A program made the position numbers and the translations under genes. Under the pieces are notes generated by a model. That model saw only the letters and a program-made list of their open reading frames with translations, was not told where the DNA came from and did no database searches. DNA of 63,220 bases, filler included, from Chiloscyllium plagiosum (Eukaryota), in NCBI RefSeq assembly GCF_004010195.1. It is 4 parts of one record of this genome, joined end to end, with 100 filler letters (N's around TTAATTAATTAA, not from the genome) between each part and the next. Parts side by side here need not be neighbours in the genome. Positions count along the whole stretch, not along the records: positions 1 to 27,860 come from NC_057711.1; 3 more parts are not named here. One strand, given 5' to 3'. How positions within the stretch are numbered: the first letter of the stretch is position 1; each line of letters opens with the position of its first letter. Shown here one piece after another: positions 13,740 to 26,354 of the stretch.

Positions 13740-13832
13740 CACAACCACCTGATGAAGGAGCAATGCTCTGAAAGCTAGTGCTTCCAAATAAACCTGTTGG
13801 ACTATAACCTGGTGTTGTGTGATTTCTAACTT
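13740..13832 (+). mobile_element. Penelope family B terminus with hammerhead core (13746-13780)
   Basis: cac-CTGATGA-a-GGAGC-aat-GCTCT-GAAA-GCTA-gtg, followed by AATAAACCTGTTGGACTATAACCTGG. Confidence 0.8.
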
Positions 13833-16800
13833 GGTAAAGAGGTTATGCCAACAGCTGTATGCATTATCACTAAATCATAGAGGCACCTTTGCCACAGAAA
13901 TCTCAGAGCATTCCATGACATTCTGCAAATGTACAGCACAGAGAAAATGTCCTTCCCTCACATTAAGTGCATATTGTCTTTCACAAGCAATCTGTGCTTG
14001 ATTTATTGAATCACCTTTCACTGCCTTGTGTTGTAACAATAGGTGGTGTTTAGTTTTGGAAATCACAGAATTGTTTAAAATGTTATGCTAGCAATACAGG
14101 TACAGGAATACAGATTATTAATCAGTAAGAATGGCAGGGAAGAATTCAACAAAGTCGTTCTCACATTCTCCTGTTACACATGAGAAGCTTTGCTTTAACT
14201 TTAGGCAAACATACTTCACAAAATTGAAACCTCATAGTGCAATACTGGGTTGGCAGCACCTACTTGAACTAGTGACATTCATATATTTTTGTGTCACCTT
14301 CTGTGTTTCCCTTGTAATAATTTCCCTCCAGACTAATAAACATTTTGTCAATGTAGCAAGGTTCCACCTCCCTGTTTCTGTCTGTTTCCCCCTCATTGTA
14401 TTTCCTTTCCATCTGTTGATTTTTTTCCTACAGATCTTCAATAAAAAGGGAATAATTCACTTTATTATAGTGACTATAATGTGTCCACTTCATTTATTTC
14501 ATTCTTTCATTTTTAAAAATTATTTTCTTGGCTTCTCTTTCTTCACTTGGTTTCACTGCTTCTGTTTAACTTTTATTTTCTTTCCCTGTTTCTAAAATTT
14601 CTCTTTCTCCATTCCTCATTATGTTTCATTATTTCATTTTGGTTGCAGTGGCATTACTGATTAAGTCTGTGATACAGATGAATATATTTATCTCTATTTT
14701 AACTCTTGGAGTAATTGGGACATGCAGGGGTCAAGATGAGCAACAACTGTCTGCATCTCTGAAGAGACAGATATGAGAGAATTTAATTCTCATGATTAAT
14801 TAACATGATTTAAGTGATTTCAAGAGAAATCCCACCCAAATACAAGAGAAATTTTCTTCTGATTCACAAATCTTCTTCCAAGAAGTCATAACAATGAAGT
14901 TTACCTGCACCTCATCTGACCATGATGTTGCTAGCCACCAGGTCTTATTCACAGTTCAAGCTCAGATTCAGGATCAGCAATTAAGATTGTGTTGAGGTCT
15001 GGTCAAACTCTGAAATGCCAACAAGATAAGCATGTACCTGAGCTGGACAGACCAGATGATGCCAGAAACCTGGCCTTAAAATGGTGGTGGAAATGAATGA
15101 GTGATAATGAATGCAGTGAAATGCAATGAAGTCCCTGATTGCCAGTTTAACCACTCAGCCAACATGAAAGAGGAAGACTAGGAAAACCTTCCCTTAAATG
15201 TTGTCTTTTGTGATAAATGAGCATGATTGTGATCTGGTGAATGATTAAAATGACTTCAGTCCAAAATTCAGTCAGAGTGCAAAATGGCCCAGTAAAGAAA
15301 ACCGTGAAACTTTGATTTCTCTTTTTAATCATGATGTAAATAACAAAAGTATAATAGACCCTGAAAAAACATGGAGAATCAATTGGATCAGAGTTCCCTT
15401 TTCTGGTCAGTAAACAACGTTATGAAATTTTATTATGTGTTCATGAATATGGTCACCTAGCGGTGTGCACATGTGTATATTTGTATGAGATTTCTTTGCT
15501 CTTTTAACGGAAATGTTAACCCTTTTCAGATTAATGCGCCCATTCAAACAACAGACAAAGTTATTTTATACAAATGTATTCACCACATGTACACATTTCT
15601 AGGCTGTAATATAAATTGAACACTTCATAAAATAATCTTTTAAAACAGCATTGTGACTTCTGAACAATCTCTGTGCTTATTTATTTCAGATACGTTATTG
15701 ATGTAGGCAAAGCAATATAGCTCAGCTTGCTGAGTGGCATTTAGGGCCATAAGGTCTCAGGTTTGAATTTTTTCACCATTCACCCAACATGTCATCAAAA
15801 TGAAGACCATGTCATAGGCTTTGGGGTCAGAGACAGGGCACTGCAGCTGCAGTCATGCCTGCCATGCTGTTTAAGTATCTACTGGCAATAAATCAGAGCT
15901 ACATTTTAGTAGGCATTTCACACCTAATGGAGACCACCCTCCCTAGGTAATTTTTCTCTTCATCAGTTGTGTACGTTAAGTATATCATTTACATCTATTA
16001 TTTCCCACAGAAATACAAGACTAAGTTCCAAACGACAGGGCTTTTGTGTTTAACTGCTGTTATTATTAAAGACTGTGCTGTTAAAGCATCTGGTACTAAT
16101 AAAAGCTGACTCTTCAGGTGACCAGCAGTGCAAGGATTACAGCTTACTCTAATTAATCAGGATTTATAGCCAATTATGGGTCAATACATTAATAGTTTGT
16201 TCTTTGCCCTTTTTTATGGGCATTTGCTTCCTCAGTTCCCAAAAGAAACATGAAAAGTATTGTGGAGAAAATAAAAAAAAATGTATATTGTCTCTTAATT
16301 TGACTTGAGTTGTGGCAGAAAGGAACAAAAGGTCTGAGTGAAAGTTCAGGTAATGATTTCAACACATGACCACTGTCTCCTGGTAATTTTCAGACTTCAA
16401 AGACTGAGACAGGCAGTTGTTCAAGATTCCAAGAAGTGGTCTTCATTAGACAAAGCAGGGAAATGTGAAACAGATGATTGATTATTACAGTGCCCTTGAA
16501 ATGCCTACTACACTGAATGTAAGGAATTCCATATGTTCAGGATCTTTATAACCAGCAGAACAGGGTTGCAATTCTCTCTGCTCCCAGCATAATGTGTATG
16601 CCTACAGATTTATTAAAGCATAGTCCAAATTATTCAATGCTATTTACAAGGACAGGATCCACGGACCCCAATTCAAATTTCTGACTGCTGAAGAAAACTG
16701 AAGTTAACACGAGCCCAGAAAATTCACAAACTCTCAGCATAAGGGCAATGGTCCAGAAGGGTGATTTATTTTCTCCATGAATTCACAGCAAGCAATAACT

Positions 16801-16867
16801 AGTGTTTAGTGTGTATTTAGTATGAACAATAGTGCAGTACATTTGTAGTGTTGTAACATTAAGACTC

Positions 16868-18000
16868 TTGGCTGAATTTTTCCAACTTCTGATTGACGAG
16901 GGCACTGGCGGCAAAGTTGTGAAAACATAGTTACAGTGACAAAATGAGATTTGCACGTTGAGAAAATAATGTCTTATTTTCTGTTGAATGTTTTAACAGG
17001 TTGATGAGACTCTCAGTAGTGAGAGGTGAGAGCCTTTCTGCATGTATTATCTTCTCATTATTATCGACTGTCACTTCATTTATATGCAGATTACTATTTC
17101 CCCTCGTTCTGGAAAACAAATTAGAACCAGTCAAAGAGGTGGACAAGAGTGGCACCATTGATAAAAATAGAAATTGCTGGAAAAGCTCAGCAGGTCAGGC
17201 AGTATCTGTGGAGAGAAATCATAGTTAACGTTTTGGGTCAAGTGACTCTTCCTTAGAATCCAAGAATGGTGCCATGTTACATCAGCACCATATCCCCTAC
17301 AGCTTTGGCAGCAGCGTACATGGCAAACATGTTCTTCAAATGGTCATGTCTGAAAGTGTAAGAGGAGCAGGCCCTAGTCTATGGTTTGTGGTCAGTCAGT
17401 GGGCTAATCAGTCTTTGGTAGAAAAAGTGGAGAGATGTCACAAGTGAGTGAGTAGGGGCTGCACTGAGGACAGGAAGGTTAAATATTTTGGGGGAATGGT
17501 ATGGGTGAGAGCCATTGAAGGAACATGTGGTTAGGCCATGAACCTTAGTGCGAGGTTGGTGCAATGACAGAGTTAGTGAGTGTGAAGAACCAGAGAGAAG
17601 ATGGTGGCACTTACCACTGTGGAGCACAAAGATTAATTAACTGTGCATTCCTCCAAACCTTGGAAACTGCCTTGATCTGACTGCATACTTTCGATCAGGC
17701 AGGCAGTATTTGAAATGGTACACAGTTGGATATTAAACATATTGCCCATGGCACAAGCACCATTAGGTGAGCAATTTCCACTGCTGCTGAGCACGAGATA
17801 ACACGAGTATGGTGCTGTCAAGCCAGAGTGCATACTTAATGAAGTGAGCAGTGTGAACATTCATGAGAAAATTTGCTTGGACCCACAGAGGGAAACCCTC
17901 CATGGAGCTCCCTGAAATTGATACTTTGCCAAATATTGAGAAAATCCAGACATTCTTTTTGACAGCGCACAAAATAAATTACATTTGTAGCTCCTCAGGA
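16868..18000. mobile_element. Probable Harbinger-type DNA transposon relic with a minus-strand Myb/SANT-like remnant (about 17614-17720)
   Basis: The left end at 16868-16965 resembles 22142-22235. The minus strand encodes LPA*SKVCSQIKAVSKVWRNAQ…IN, followed by a GTAAGT donor, as in Harbinger Myb-like ORFs. Confidence 0.45.
17159..17260 (-). mobile_element. Short older Penelope terminus insertion
   Basis: AAATTGCTGGAAAAGCTCAGCAGG motif, a degenerate hammerhead, and a degenerate TSD (CAAGAGTGGCACCAT / CAAGAATGGTGCCAT). Confidence 0.65.
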
Positions 18001-18577
18001 ACAAACACAAAGCAAATTGGAACATTTTGGAGTCCATCATGATTCTTAGTCAATTAATAAAAGCCAGTGTGAATAGAATGAGCCTTTTGTTTATGTGTAA
18101 AGTAAAAATAAGCAGATGGTGATGGAGAAAGATTTTGCTGCCAACAATGAAATAATGTTCCCTCAGGATGACTGAGAATGCAGTAAGAGGAAAACAATTC
18201 ATTCAGTGATTCTGTTCGGGACAGCGCAATGAATAAGGATTAGAAAATCTTCAATCTTTCCTGATCTCCCCTGTTATATATTCAGTAAATATTTGATGGA
18301 AAGTTCAGGACCCATACAGTCTAGGATATGGGACATCTACATGCATGCATCTTGTACAAGACAATAGGTGTAGCAAGTGATGGGATTGGAGATGATGATT
18401 CCTAATGTCAGTTCTTAGAGGGACACACATTATGATTGACACTGCACATTTCTATGGAGACAGGATGTGTCAGAAAGCCATTGAATAGAGGTAGGTTCAC
18501 CTATGTTAAAGATGTATGTATTTATAAAAGATATTCATTTCTTTGGAATTCTTGCACCCAGAAATGTCAAGTTATAA

Positions 18578-19919
18578 AAACTGAAAATGTTGCAGATTCT
18601 GTAAATTAGAGACAAAAATAGAAATTGCTGGAAATGCTCAGCAGGTCTAGCAGCATCTGTGGAGAGAAATCAGAGTTAATGTTTTGGGTCGACTTACCCT
18701 TCTTCAGAACTGGTGGTAGCCAGGAAAATATCAGTTTCTATGCAGATAGAGTGGGGGGAGGATGTAAGGAGTAAACGATAAGTAGGGATAAAGCCCAAAG
18801 AGAGAGAAGAGCAGTTGGACAGACAAAGAAATAGATAACAATCTGACTAAAAGAGTGAATAGATGTTAATGAGGTCTGTTAGTGGCTAACAATGGATGAT
18901 GTTTAATAGCAAGCTTTGTGTTAGCAGGGCCTGGTTGTGAGGATTGGGGCAAGGACATGAGAGAGCTCGAGCCCTAAAGTTATTGAACTCGATATTGAGT
19001 CCAGAAGGCTGCACGGTACCCAGGTGGAAAATGAGGTGTTCTCCTAGCTTGTGCTGAGCTTTGGTGGAGTTTTACAGCAAGCCTGAGACAGAGATATTGG
19101 CCAGGGACAGGGTGGTGTGTTGAAATATCAGGCAACTTAAAGTTCAGGGTGATTTTTGCAAACAAAATGCAAGTGTTCTATGAAGTGGTCATCCAGTCTA
19201 TGCTTCGTTTCCCCAGAGGAGACCACATTGTGAGCAGTGAATGCAGTCAACAAGATTGTCTGAAGTGCAGGTAAAATGCTGATTCACCTTGAATGTTTCT
19301 TTGGGGCCTTGGATACTGAGGAAGGAGGAAGTAAGTAGGCAGGTCTTACACCTTCTGCGGTAGTAGGGGAAGGTGTTGTGAAGCTGTGGGAAGTGTTGAG
19401 AGTGAAGGAAGAGTGGACCAAGGTGTCTCAAAGGGAACAGTCCCTGCAGAAGGCTGACAAGGGAGGAGAGGGAGTTTGTGTCTGGTGATGGCATCTCACT
19501 GGAGGGGGCGAAAATGGCAGCTAATGATCCTTTGGATGTGGATGCTGGTGGGATGGTAGATAAGGACAAGGGGGACCCCTTCATTGTTGTGGGAAGGAAG
19601 AGAGAGGGTGAGGGCCAAAGTGCAGGAGATGGGTTGGACCCAGCTGAGGGCCTGTCAACAATGGTGTTGGGGAATCCTCAATTGAGGAAGGAGGTGGCCA
19701 TTTCAGATGCTACCTTGATGAAATTGACATCATTGGAACAAATGCAACATAGACAGAGGAACTAGGAGAATGGAATAGGCCTGTGTCCTGCATAAAAACT
19801 GATATTTTCCTTGCTACCATCAGTTCGGAGGAAGGGTCACTTAACCTGAAACATTATCTGATTTCTCTCCAAAGATGCTGCCAGACCTGCTGAGCTTTTC
19901 CAGAAATTTCTGGTTTGTT
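18578..19919 (-). mobile_element. Penelope-like element with GIY-YIG remnant and inverted terminal segments
   Basis: Encodes …RRCKTC…IQGPKETFKVNQHFTCTSDNLVDCIHCSQCGLL…. About 18620-18745 is inverted at about 19790-19915. 15-bp TSD AATGTCAAGTTATAA at 18563-18577 and 19920-19934. Confidence 0.88.
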
Positions 19920-22141
19920 AATGTCAAGTTATAAGGGACCTTCTGGCCTAGGGGCAAAACTAATTGCTCCTAATGTCATGGATTCCCCCAAACACCATTC
20001 GAATGACCACACAGAGAGGAGCAGAGACAGGGCCTGAGCCAGAGATCACCACCTGGCCCAGACCATGTGTAATGATCAGTACCATTGGCCTATATGCTTT
20101 CTGGGCTACAAGAGGTTATGTTGTAGTGTGGTAGAATATGAATATACCCAAATTTTTTTATCTGTAGGTTCCTGAGCTGAGCTTCGTTGTATGGGAAAAG
20201 ATCAAGTTAAAGGCAAGCAAATCCCATCAGGGAGGAAGACAAAAATTGAAAGAAAGTCACTGTTACCAGTTACAGATAGGCAATGGCAATGATGTGAGAG
20301 TAGGTTAGTCCGGTAGGTAGGTAGCACTGCTGAAACATAGCAATGGAAATGAAGAAAAAAGAATACTTTATCAAGTTAAAAAAACAAGCCCCTGCTTTCA
20401 TCCATTTCTTAGGCACACCCACACAATAGCATACTTCCAATAGTCATCTCAACTCAAATTCTTTAGTTGAATAGTGTCAGCAGTGGTTGTTTTTGCAACA
20501 CGCAATCAAGTGTTTGAATCCTGTAGTGCGATTATTTTAATGGCAGTTTTGTACTTGTTAATGACAGGTGAGGAGCTGGGAATATTATTCAATGCTTGCC
20601 AACAATAAGTATCCACTCAGTTTGCAGCCAACAGTTTTCAGCCTTTGGCTAGGTTTTCATTTTATTTGGCAAACTGGATTAAGCAGAAAAGCTTCCCAGA
20701 ATAACGTGCTGCTTACAATGAAACTATTGCACCGTCTTGTGTGGTGTCACATTATAGCACAATTAAGGCTGACTGGAATCTATACACATGGCAATTGTTC
20801 AAGATTCACAATAATTGCCATTATTTTTCTGCACTTTAGACTAAATACTGAACAGGCCCCGAATGAATCAGTGAATATTGAATACCTCTTGGAACATCAA
20901 TTACTGTCAATTATTGGGTGGAGGAAACCTAATTTGAATGAGCTACAGTGGAATTTTATGACCTTCCTTTTGTGCGTCAAAGTTGTGGCACAGTGGTAGC
21001 GCCAGTGCCCATACCTACTGAGACAGGAAGCTCAAGTTTAAGTCCCACTGACTTCAGAGTGTGTAATAACAGGTTGATTGGAAAATTATCTAGTACATTA
21101 AAGTTATGTCAATTAAATTGAATTAGGATCTTTGCTATTTTCGATTTTGATCACAGGTCATGATAAATAGGTGAAGAAAGAACAGGACGGGATCATTTGT
21201 GGTAATGGGAAATTACAGGGGCTGGTTGGGAATTTGGTTTTAATTATTTCTGTGGCATGTCAGTGACATTGGCAAGATCAACATTTGTTGCTCATCATTA
21301 ATTTCCGTTGAACTGAGTGGCTTGCCTTTCCAGAATGTAGTTAGAATCTTCCACATCGCTGTGGGTCTGTTTTGCATAAAATTAAATCAGTAATGAGAAA
21401 CCAAAACATTTTGTTTTGTTTTGTTACATCATTTAAATCCTTTAACAAAAGTGTTATATCTTGAAAACTGACAAAGTGATGTTAGGAAATGGTACGAATG
21501 TTGGCCTTGCCAGTGGCACTCACATTCAATTGCAATCTCAATAATGCCCTGCAATTTCACATTTACCCCACATGATGCCACATTATACTTAAAGAATAAT
21601 AACTGAGAAACTGAAAGGTGGAGGTTAAACCTCCAACAACCATTGTGATTAAACCCAATTTGGGAAACAATGTACTCTACCCCAAATATGCTTGAAAACC
21701 CTCAAGCTGTTATTCAGATATGTCTATGCCTACCTAAAATAGACCTTAGGCCCTCTATGTTCACGAGAAGCAAAGCAGTTTTCCTGACAAACAATGAAGT
21801 GGTATCTGGATACAAGAATCAAGATGAAAAGGCACAGACATAAAAGTGATGAGGAACATTTGGAATAGGCAAATATAAATAATAACAAAATAAGTAATGG
21901 AAATGGTAACAATTTTTGTGTAGCAGTTTGCTTTTCTATATTAACTCGTCTTATATCTCAGCACTGAAAACTCATAGTGTGTCAGTTGGCTTAGTGTTTG
22001 CTGAAACCACATTTCAAAAATACTTCCTTGGAGTGATCTGGGATATACATGAAAGGTGTCAAATAATTCAAATCACATGTTTTAAAGTATGTTTTAATGT
22101 CTGTCTCTATAATTTTGTTTTTGTTTTCCATCTGTATTTAT

Positions 22142-23600
22142 GGGTGGAATTTCCCAGCATCTGAGCAATGTGGGCAATAGCAAGAAAGTTGGAAGAATAC
22201 AATGAGAATGAAAAATTAGATTCTCAATGTTGAGGTAAGAAAAATCAAAGTTTCTCCTTGAGGTTTCCATGGCTAGCCAAGAATCTGAAAGTCTGTTTGA
22301 ACGTGTTAATATCTCATTGCAATCTAATCTCACCTAATTTCTATTCTCTTAGCTACCAGTGAAAAACTAGATGTAGCTGATTACAAACATGAAAGTTAGA
22401 ACAGTTACCTGGAAGCTTCAGTTCATCAGTATCTTCTCCAGGCATCCATGTTGGCCAGTATTCTCCAACATCTCAGGGCAGGTACAGAGAAACTGAGGAG
22501 AAACAAAAATGCCAGCAAGCCTTCCACATGAAGAAGATCCTGTCAGGATGTAAAGGTGATACAGGAAGCCCAGATTATATTGTCTTTGATATTATTCTTT
22601 CACGTGAGTGAAGGGCATTAGTGCCATAGACTGAGGACTTTCTGGGTGACTGTCACAGAATTGTATCATCTGCTTGAGGTCTGAAGTGATGAGTGGCCAT
22701 CTCTCCTAATGGCTGTCTATGTGACAGCAGCTCTTAATTTTGATGCAACTGGCTGTTTCTAAGGATACACAGAAGACCTCTGTGGTATTTCTCAGTGCAA
22801 GACACTCTGGAAACTGCTATGATGCCTATATCTTTGGTAACTCTCAAGTTCTTGCTTCATTTCAATAGTTGGATGCCTTGCTGTTGGTTGCTAGGAGACA
22901 AGGACTACCCTTTGGAACTGTTATTGATGACTCCGTTATATAATCCCCTGACAGAGACAGAGTATAGATACAACACCGACCATTCTTCCATCAAAGTCAT
23001 CTTGGAACAGATGATAGGCTTCTTCATGATAAGGTTCTAATGCTTGGATTAGTCTGGAGTTGCCTTACAGTACAGTCCAGACAGAGTGTGCCACATAATC
23101 CCAGCATGTTGTGCTGTGCCCAAGTGCAGCAGGCAAAGGAGGGATGTGATGAACACTGAAGGTCTAGGAGAGTGGCAACAATCTTCCGTGAGGAAGAACA
23201 TCACCATCAACATGATAGAGAAGTGCACTGTCAGGCACAACTAGCCAGGCAGGACTTGGTTGACTCTTGTTTTCAATAGATCCAAATTGGATAAAGTCAT
23301 TATCCATTGACTGTAAATTTGTTGTAGGTCAAAAGGCAAGCAGTGCATGTTTAGTTCCAAAAGCAAATGGCTGCAACCCGGATGTTTGTTTATGCATTTT
23401 GAGAAATTTATCAATGGCTGACTCCATGGAGTTCTCTGCTGCTTGGAGCTGAGCAGGTCCTTGGTCTCTGACTGTCTCTGACTGTCTCTGAGTGCGAGTG
23501 TCCTGGGGCATTTCTATCTTGACCAGCTATGGAGATATGTCAATGACATGCTCGCCAGATGTGATCCTGAGTCTAATCTAGCAAACATACCCAACAAAGT
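22142..23600 (+). mobile_element. Decayed Harbinger/PIF DNA transposon (HARBI1-like DDE transposase relic at about 22620-23130)
   Basis: MAVYVTAALNFDATGCF*GYTEDLCGISQ and WLLGDKDYPLELLLMTPLYNPLTETEYRYNTDH…LEQMIGFFMIRF*CLD*SGVALQYSPDRVCHIIPACC. Contains stops and a large internal deletion. Confidence 0.85.
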
Positions 23601-23605
23601 GGAAG

Positions 23606-23808
23606 TACAGGTCATTCTGCTATAACACGCATTTCATTTTTGATTGACGAACTGGGGACATTGTTTCTAAAGCATAAACTTTTAACACAAGTTGGCTGTA
23701 AAGCGATTCCATCACCAACACTTTAAGCGCTGTTTCTAAAGTGCAATGTTTCTGTAATGTGGGGTTGCACAAAAATGCAACCATCACATTATAGAAGAAC
23801 TTCCTACA
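23606..23808. mobile_element. MITE-like relic (Tigger/MER6-like)
   Basis: Imperfect terminal inverted repeats TACAGGTCATTCTGCTATAAC / CATTATAGAAGAACTTCCTACA around about 200 bp. Confidence 0.5.
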
Positions 23809-23871
23809 TCTGAGCTGGTGGAATATGCAGGAGACAGTGTTGCTGGTGCTTCCACTGAGGGATCTGTGGCT

Positions 23872-24572
23872 TTTTCCTTCCTATAATGTGGAGACCAGAA
23901 CTGTACGCAATACTCCAAGTGCTGCTGCACCAGAGTTTTGTACAGCTGCAAAATGACCTCATGGCTCCGAAACTCAATCCCTCTACCAATAAAAGCTAAC
24001 ACACCATATGCCTACTTAACAACCCTAACAATCATGGGTGCCAACTTGCAGGGATTTATGTACATGGGCACCAAGATGTCTCTGCTCATCTACACTACCA
24101 AGCATCTTACCATTAGCCCAGTGCTCTTTATTCCTGTTGCTCCTTCCAAAATGAATCACCTCACACTTTCCCACATTAAGCTCCATTTGCCGCCTCCCAA
24201 CCCAGCTCCTCAGCTTATCTATGTCCCTTTGTAACCTGCAACATCCTTCTGCACTATCCGCAACTCCACTGCCTTCCACAAATTTAATAACCTATTCTTC
24301 TATGCTCTCATCCAGGTAATTTATAAAAATGAAAAACAGCAGTGGACCCAAAGCATATCCTTGTGCTATACCACTAGTAACTGCACTCCAGAATGAACAT
24401 TTCCCATCAACCAACACCCTCTGTTTTCTTTCAGCTAGCCAATTTCTGATCCAAACCACTAAATCACTCTCAATTCCATGCCTCTGTCTTTTCTGCAATA
24501 GCCTACTGTGGTGAACCTTATCAAATGCCTTACTGAAATTCACATACACCGCATCAACCATTTTACCCATTG
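23872..24572 (-). mobile_element. CR1 LINE RT fragment
   Basis: VDAVYVNFSKAFDKV, SGIAQGYALGPLLF, LYKTLV…LEYCVQFWSPHYRK. Confidence 0.9.
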
Positions 24573-25947
24573 CTTGAGAAAAGTTGCCAAAATCATAGAC
24601 ACTCCCCAAAATTGACACTCAGCTAACTTATGGAAAAACTCTGCTCTATTGTTCTGTGTATGTCTATCACAGTTGCTGAAGGTTCCTCTAATCATCCTTT
24701 GTCTTGATTTTGGGATGGCTGATAGGCAACAAAGCATTTGGGGCCTCATTCTCATTTGAATTTAATTTGAGAGGCAGAATTGGGTTCCCCAATGAGTGTC
24801 CTAATGTAGCTCCATGTTCTTCAGTCTCAGGAATGGCAGGTGGAAGGGCTAACAGGAGATGCCAGGAGGTTGGTACTCAGAGCAGAGTAGACACAGATTA
24901 GGGACAACACCACCCAGATGTGTAATGAACTTCAGTATTCCTGACCAATGAGATGAAACCCTTCTGAAACTGAACAATTTCTAAATTTTGTTGTGGCTGT
25001 TTCCTGATGGAACTGTCATGCCCATGGGTAGTCTGCTTGCATTGCAGATTGGTTAACAGACACCTTCAAATTGCAATCAGGATTCCATCAGCAACATTAG
25101 GACAACAAATCTGAACAACAAATAGAACTACTTTATAATTGAGGGATGAGCTATGACAACCCACCAGTAGGCTCTGGGATAAGCTACAACAGGCAATTAA
25201 TTAAAGTTAATGGAGTAGTAGGGCCATTCTATCTTGTTTCCTTTACTTGCTTTCCCTTCTTCTGGGATGAATTGCTCCAGGGGTTCTCTGCATATTACCA
25301 TAAATATTCTATCCAGGTGGTGTCAAGCTGAATTAGTATTGTTGAGGCATGCAACTTGCATAGATTCCAGAACATGAGCCTTTCACATCAGGTTCAATGT
25401 AAATGTTTATTGGGTTGCTGCTCATGTTACCGGCTTTTGTTCAAAACGTGTCATGATCTTCTTTTCGAATGAGGAAACTGCCTGTAATGATCAACTGGGA
25501 CTCCACAATAGTAGCTCTATTCTAGTGTTAAGCTTATGCAGCTGAGAAAACCATTCAATGGATTCTTGCAAAAATAAGGTGAGGAGTCATAGGCATCTCT
25601 CTGCATTAGCAAAAGACAATTAGTTATGTGTAGCTTGAGGGTAACCACTCCACAAGGCAAAGAGACAGGTGTCCATGAACAAACACAGCTTGGTGTGGAG
25701 ATTGAACCCATGCTGATGGCTTTATTCTGCAACACACTCCAATCATCTAGTCAAGTGACTGAACTCACCCATGCAAAAGTTAATCATGTATCATTATAGA
25801 TCTGCTCGGCAATTCCATCAAAGAACTAAGTTTCTAAAGTGCCTGGAAAGCTGTTCAGGTGCTACGTAGAACAATATTAGGGCTACAAAGTAAGGTGACC
25901 ACCCACTACTCCTAGATGTTATAGTGTGAGTAGAAAAGGAGGGAGAG

Positions 25948-26239
25948 GATAGAATCCCTACAGTGTGGAAACAGTTCCTTCAGCCCAACAAGTCCAATAA
26001 ATAATCCACCCAAACCAATTACTCTACATTTATCCCTAACTAATGTACCTAACCTACACATCCCTGAACACCATGAGCAATTTACCTTACTAGCGCATCT
26101 TTGGATTGTGGAAGGAAACCCACACAGACACAGACACAATGTGAAAACTCCACACAAACAATCGCCTGAGGCTGGAATCAAACCCAGGTCCCTGGTGCTG
26201 TGAGGCAGCAGTGCTAACCACTGAGCCACCATGCTGCCC
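25948..26239 (-). mobile_element. HE1-type tRNA-derived SINE
   Basis: Head GGTGGCTCAGTGGTTAGCACTGCTGCCTCACAG with A/B boxes, and a CR1-like tail. Confidence 0.88.
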
Positions 26240-26354
26240 ATGTAATATGTCTGCTTCTGGCTTTATCGGTAGATCATGTCATGTTATCCAGATATCATCA
26301 TTTACTCTCTCAAGCCTAGCATTAGCCCTGAGATATCCGCCTCTAGCTAATCGT

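Noticed and set aside
25897..25905. Perfect GLI consensus GACCACCCA (PTCH1 neighbours FANCC in human)
   Set aside because: A single 9-mer is expected by chance at this window size, and it lies across an artificial spacer from FANCC.
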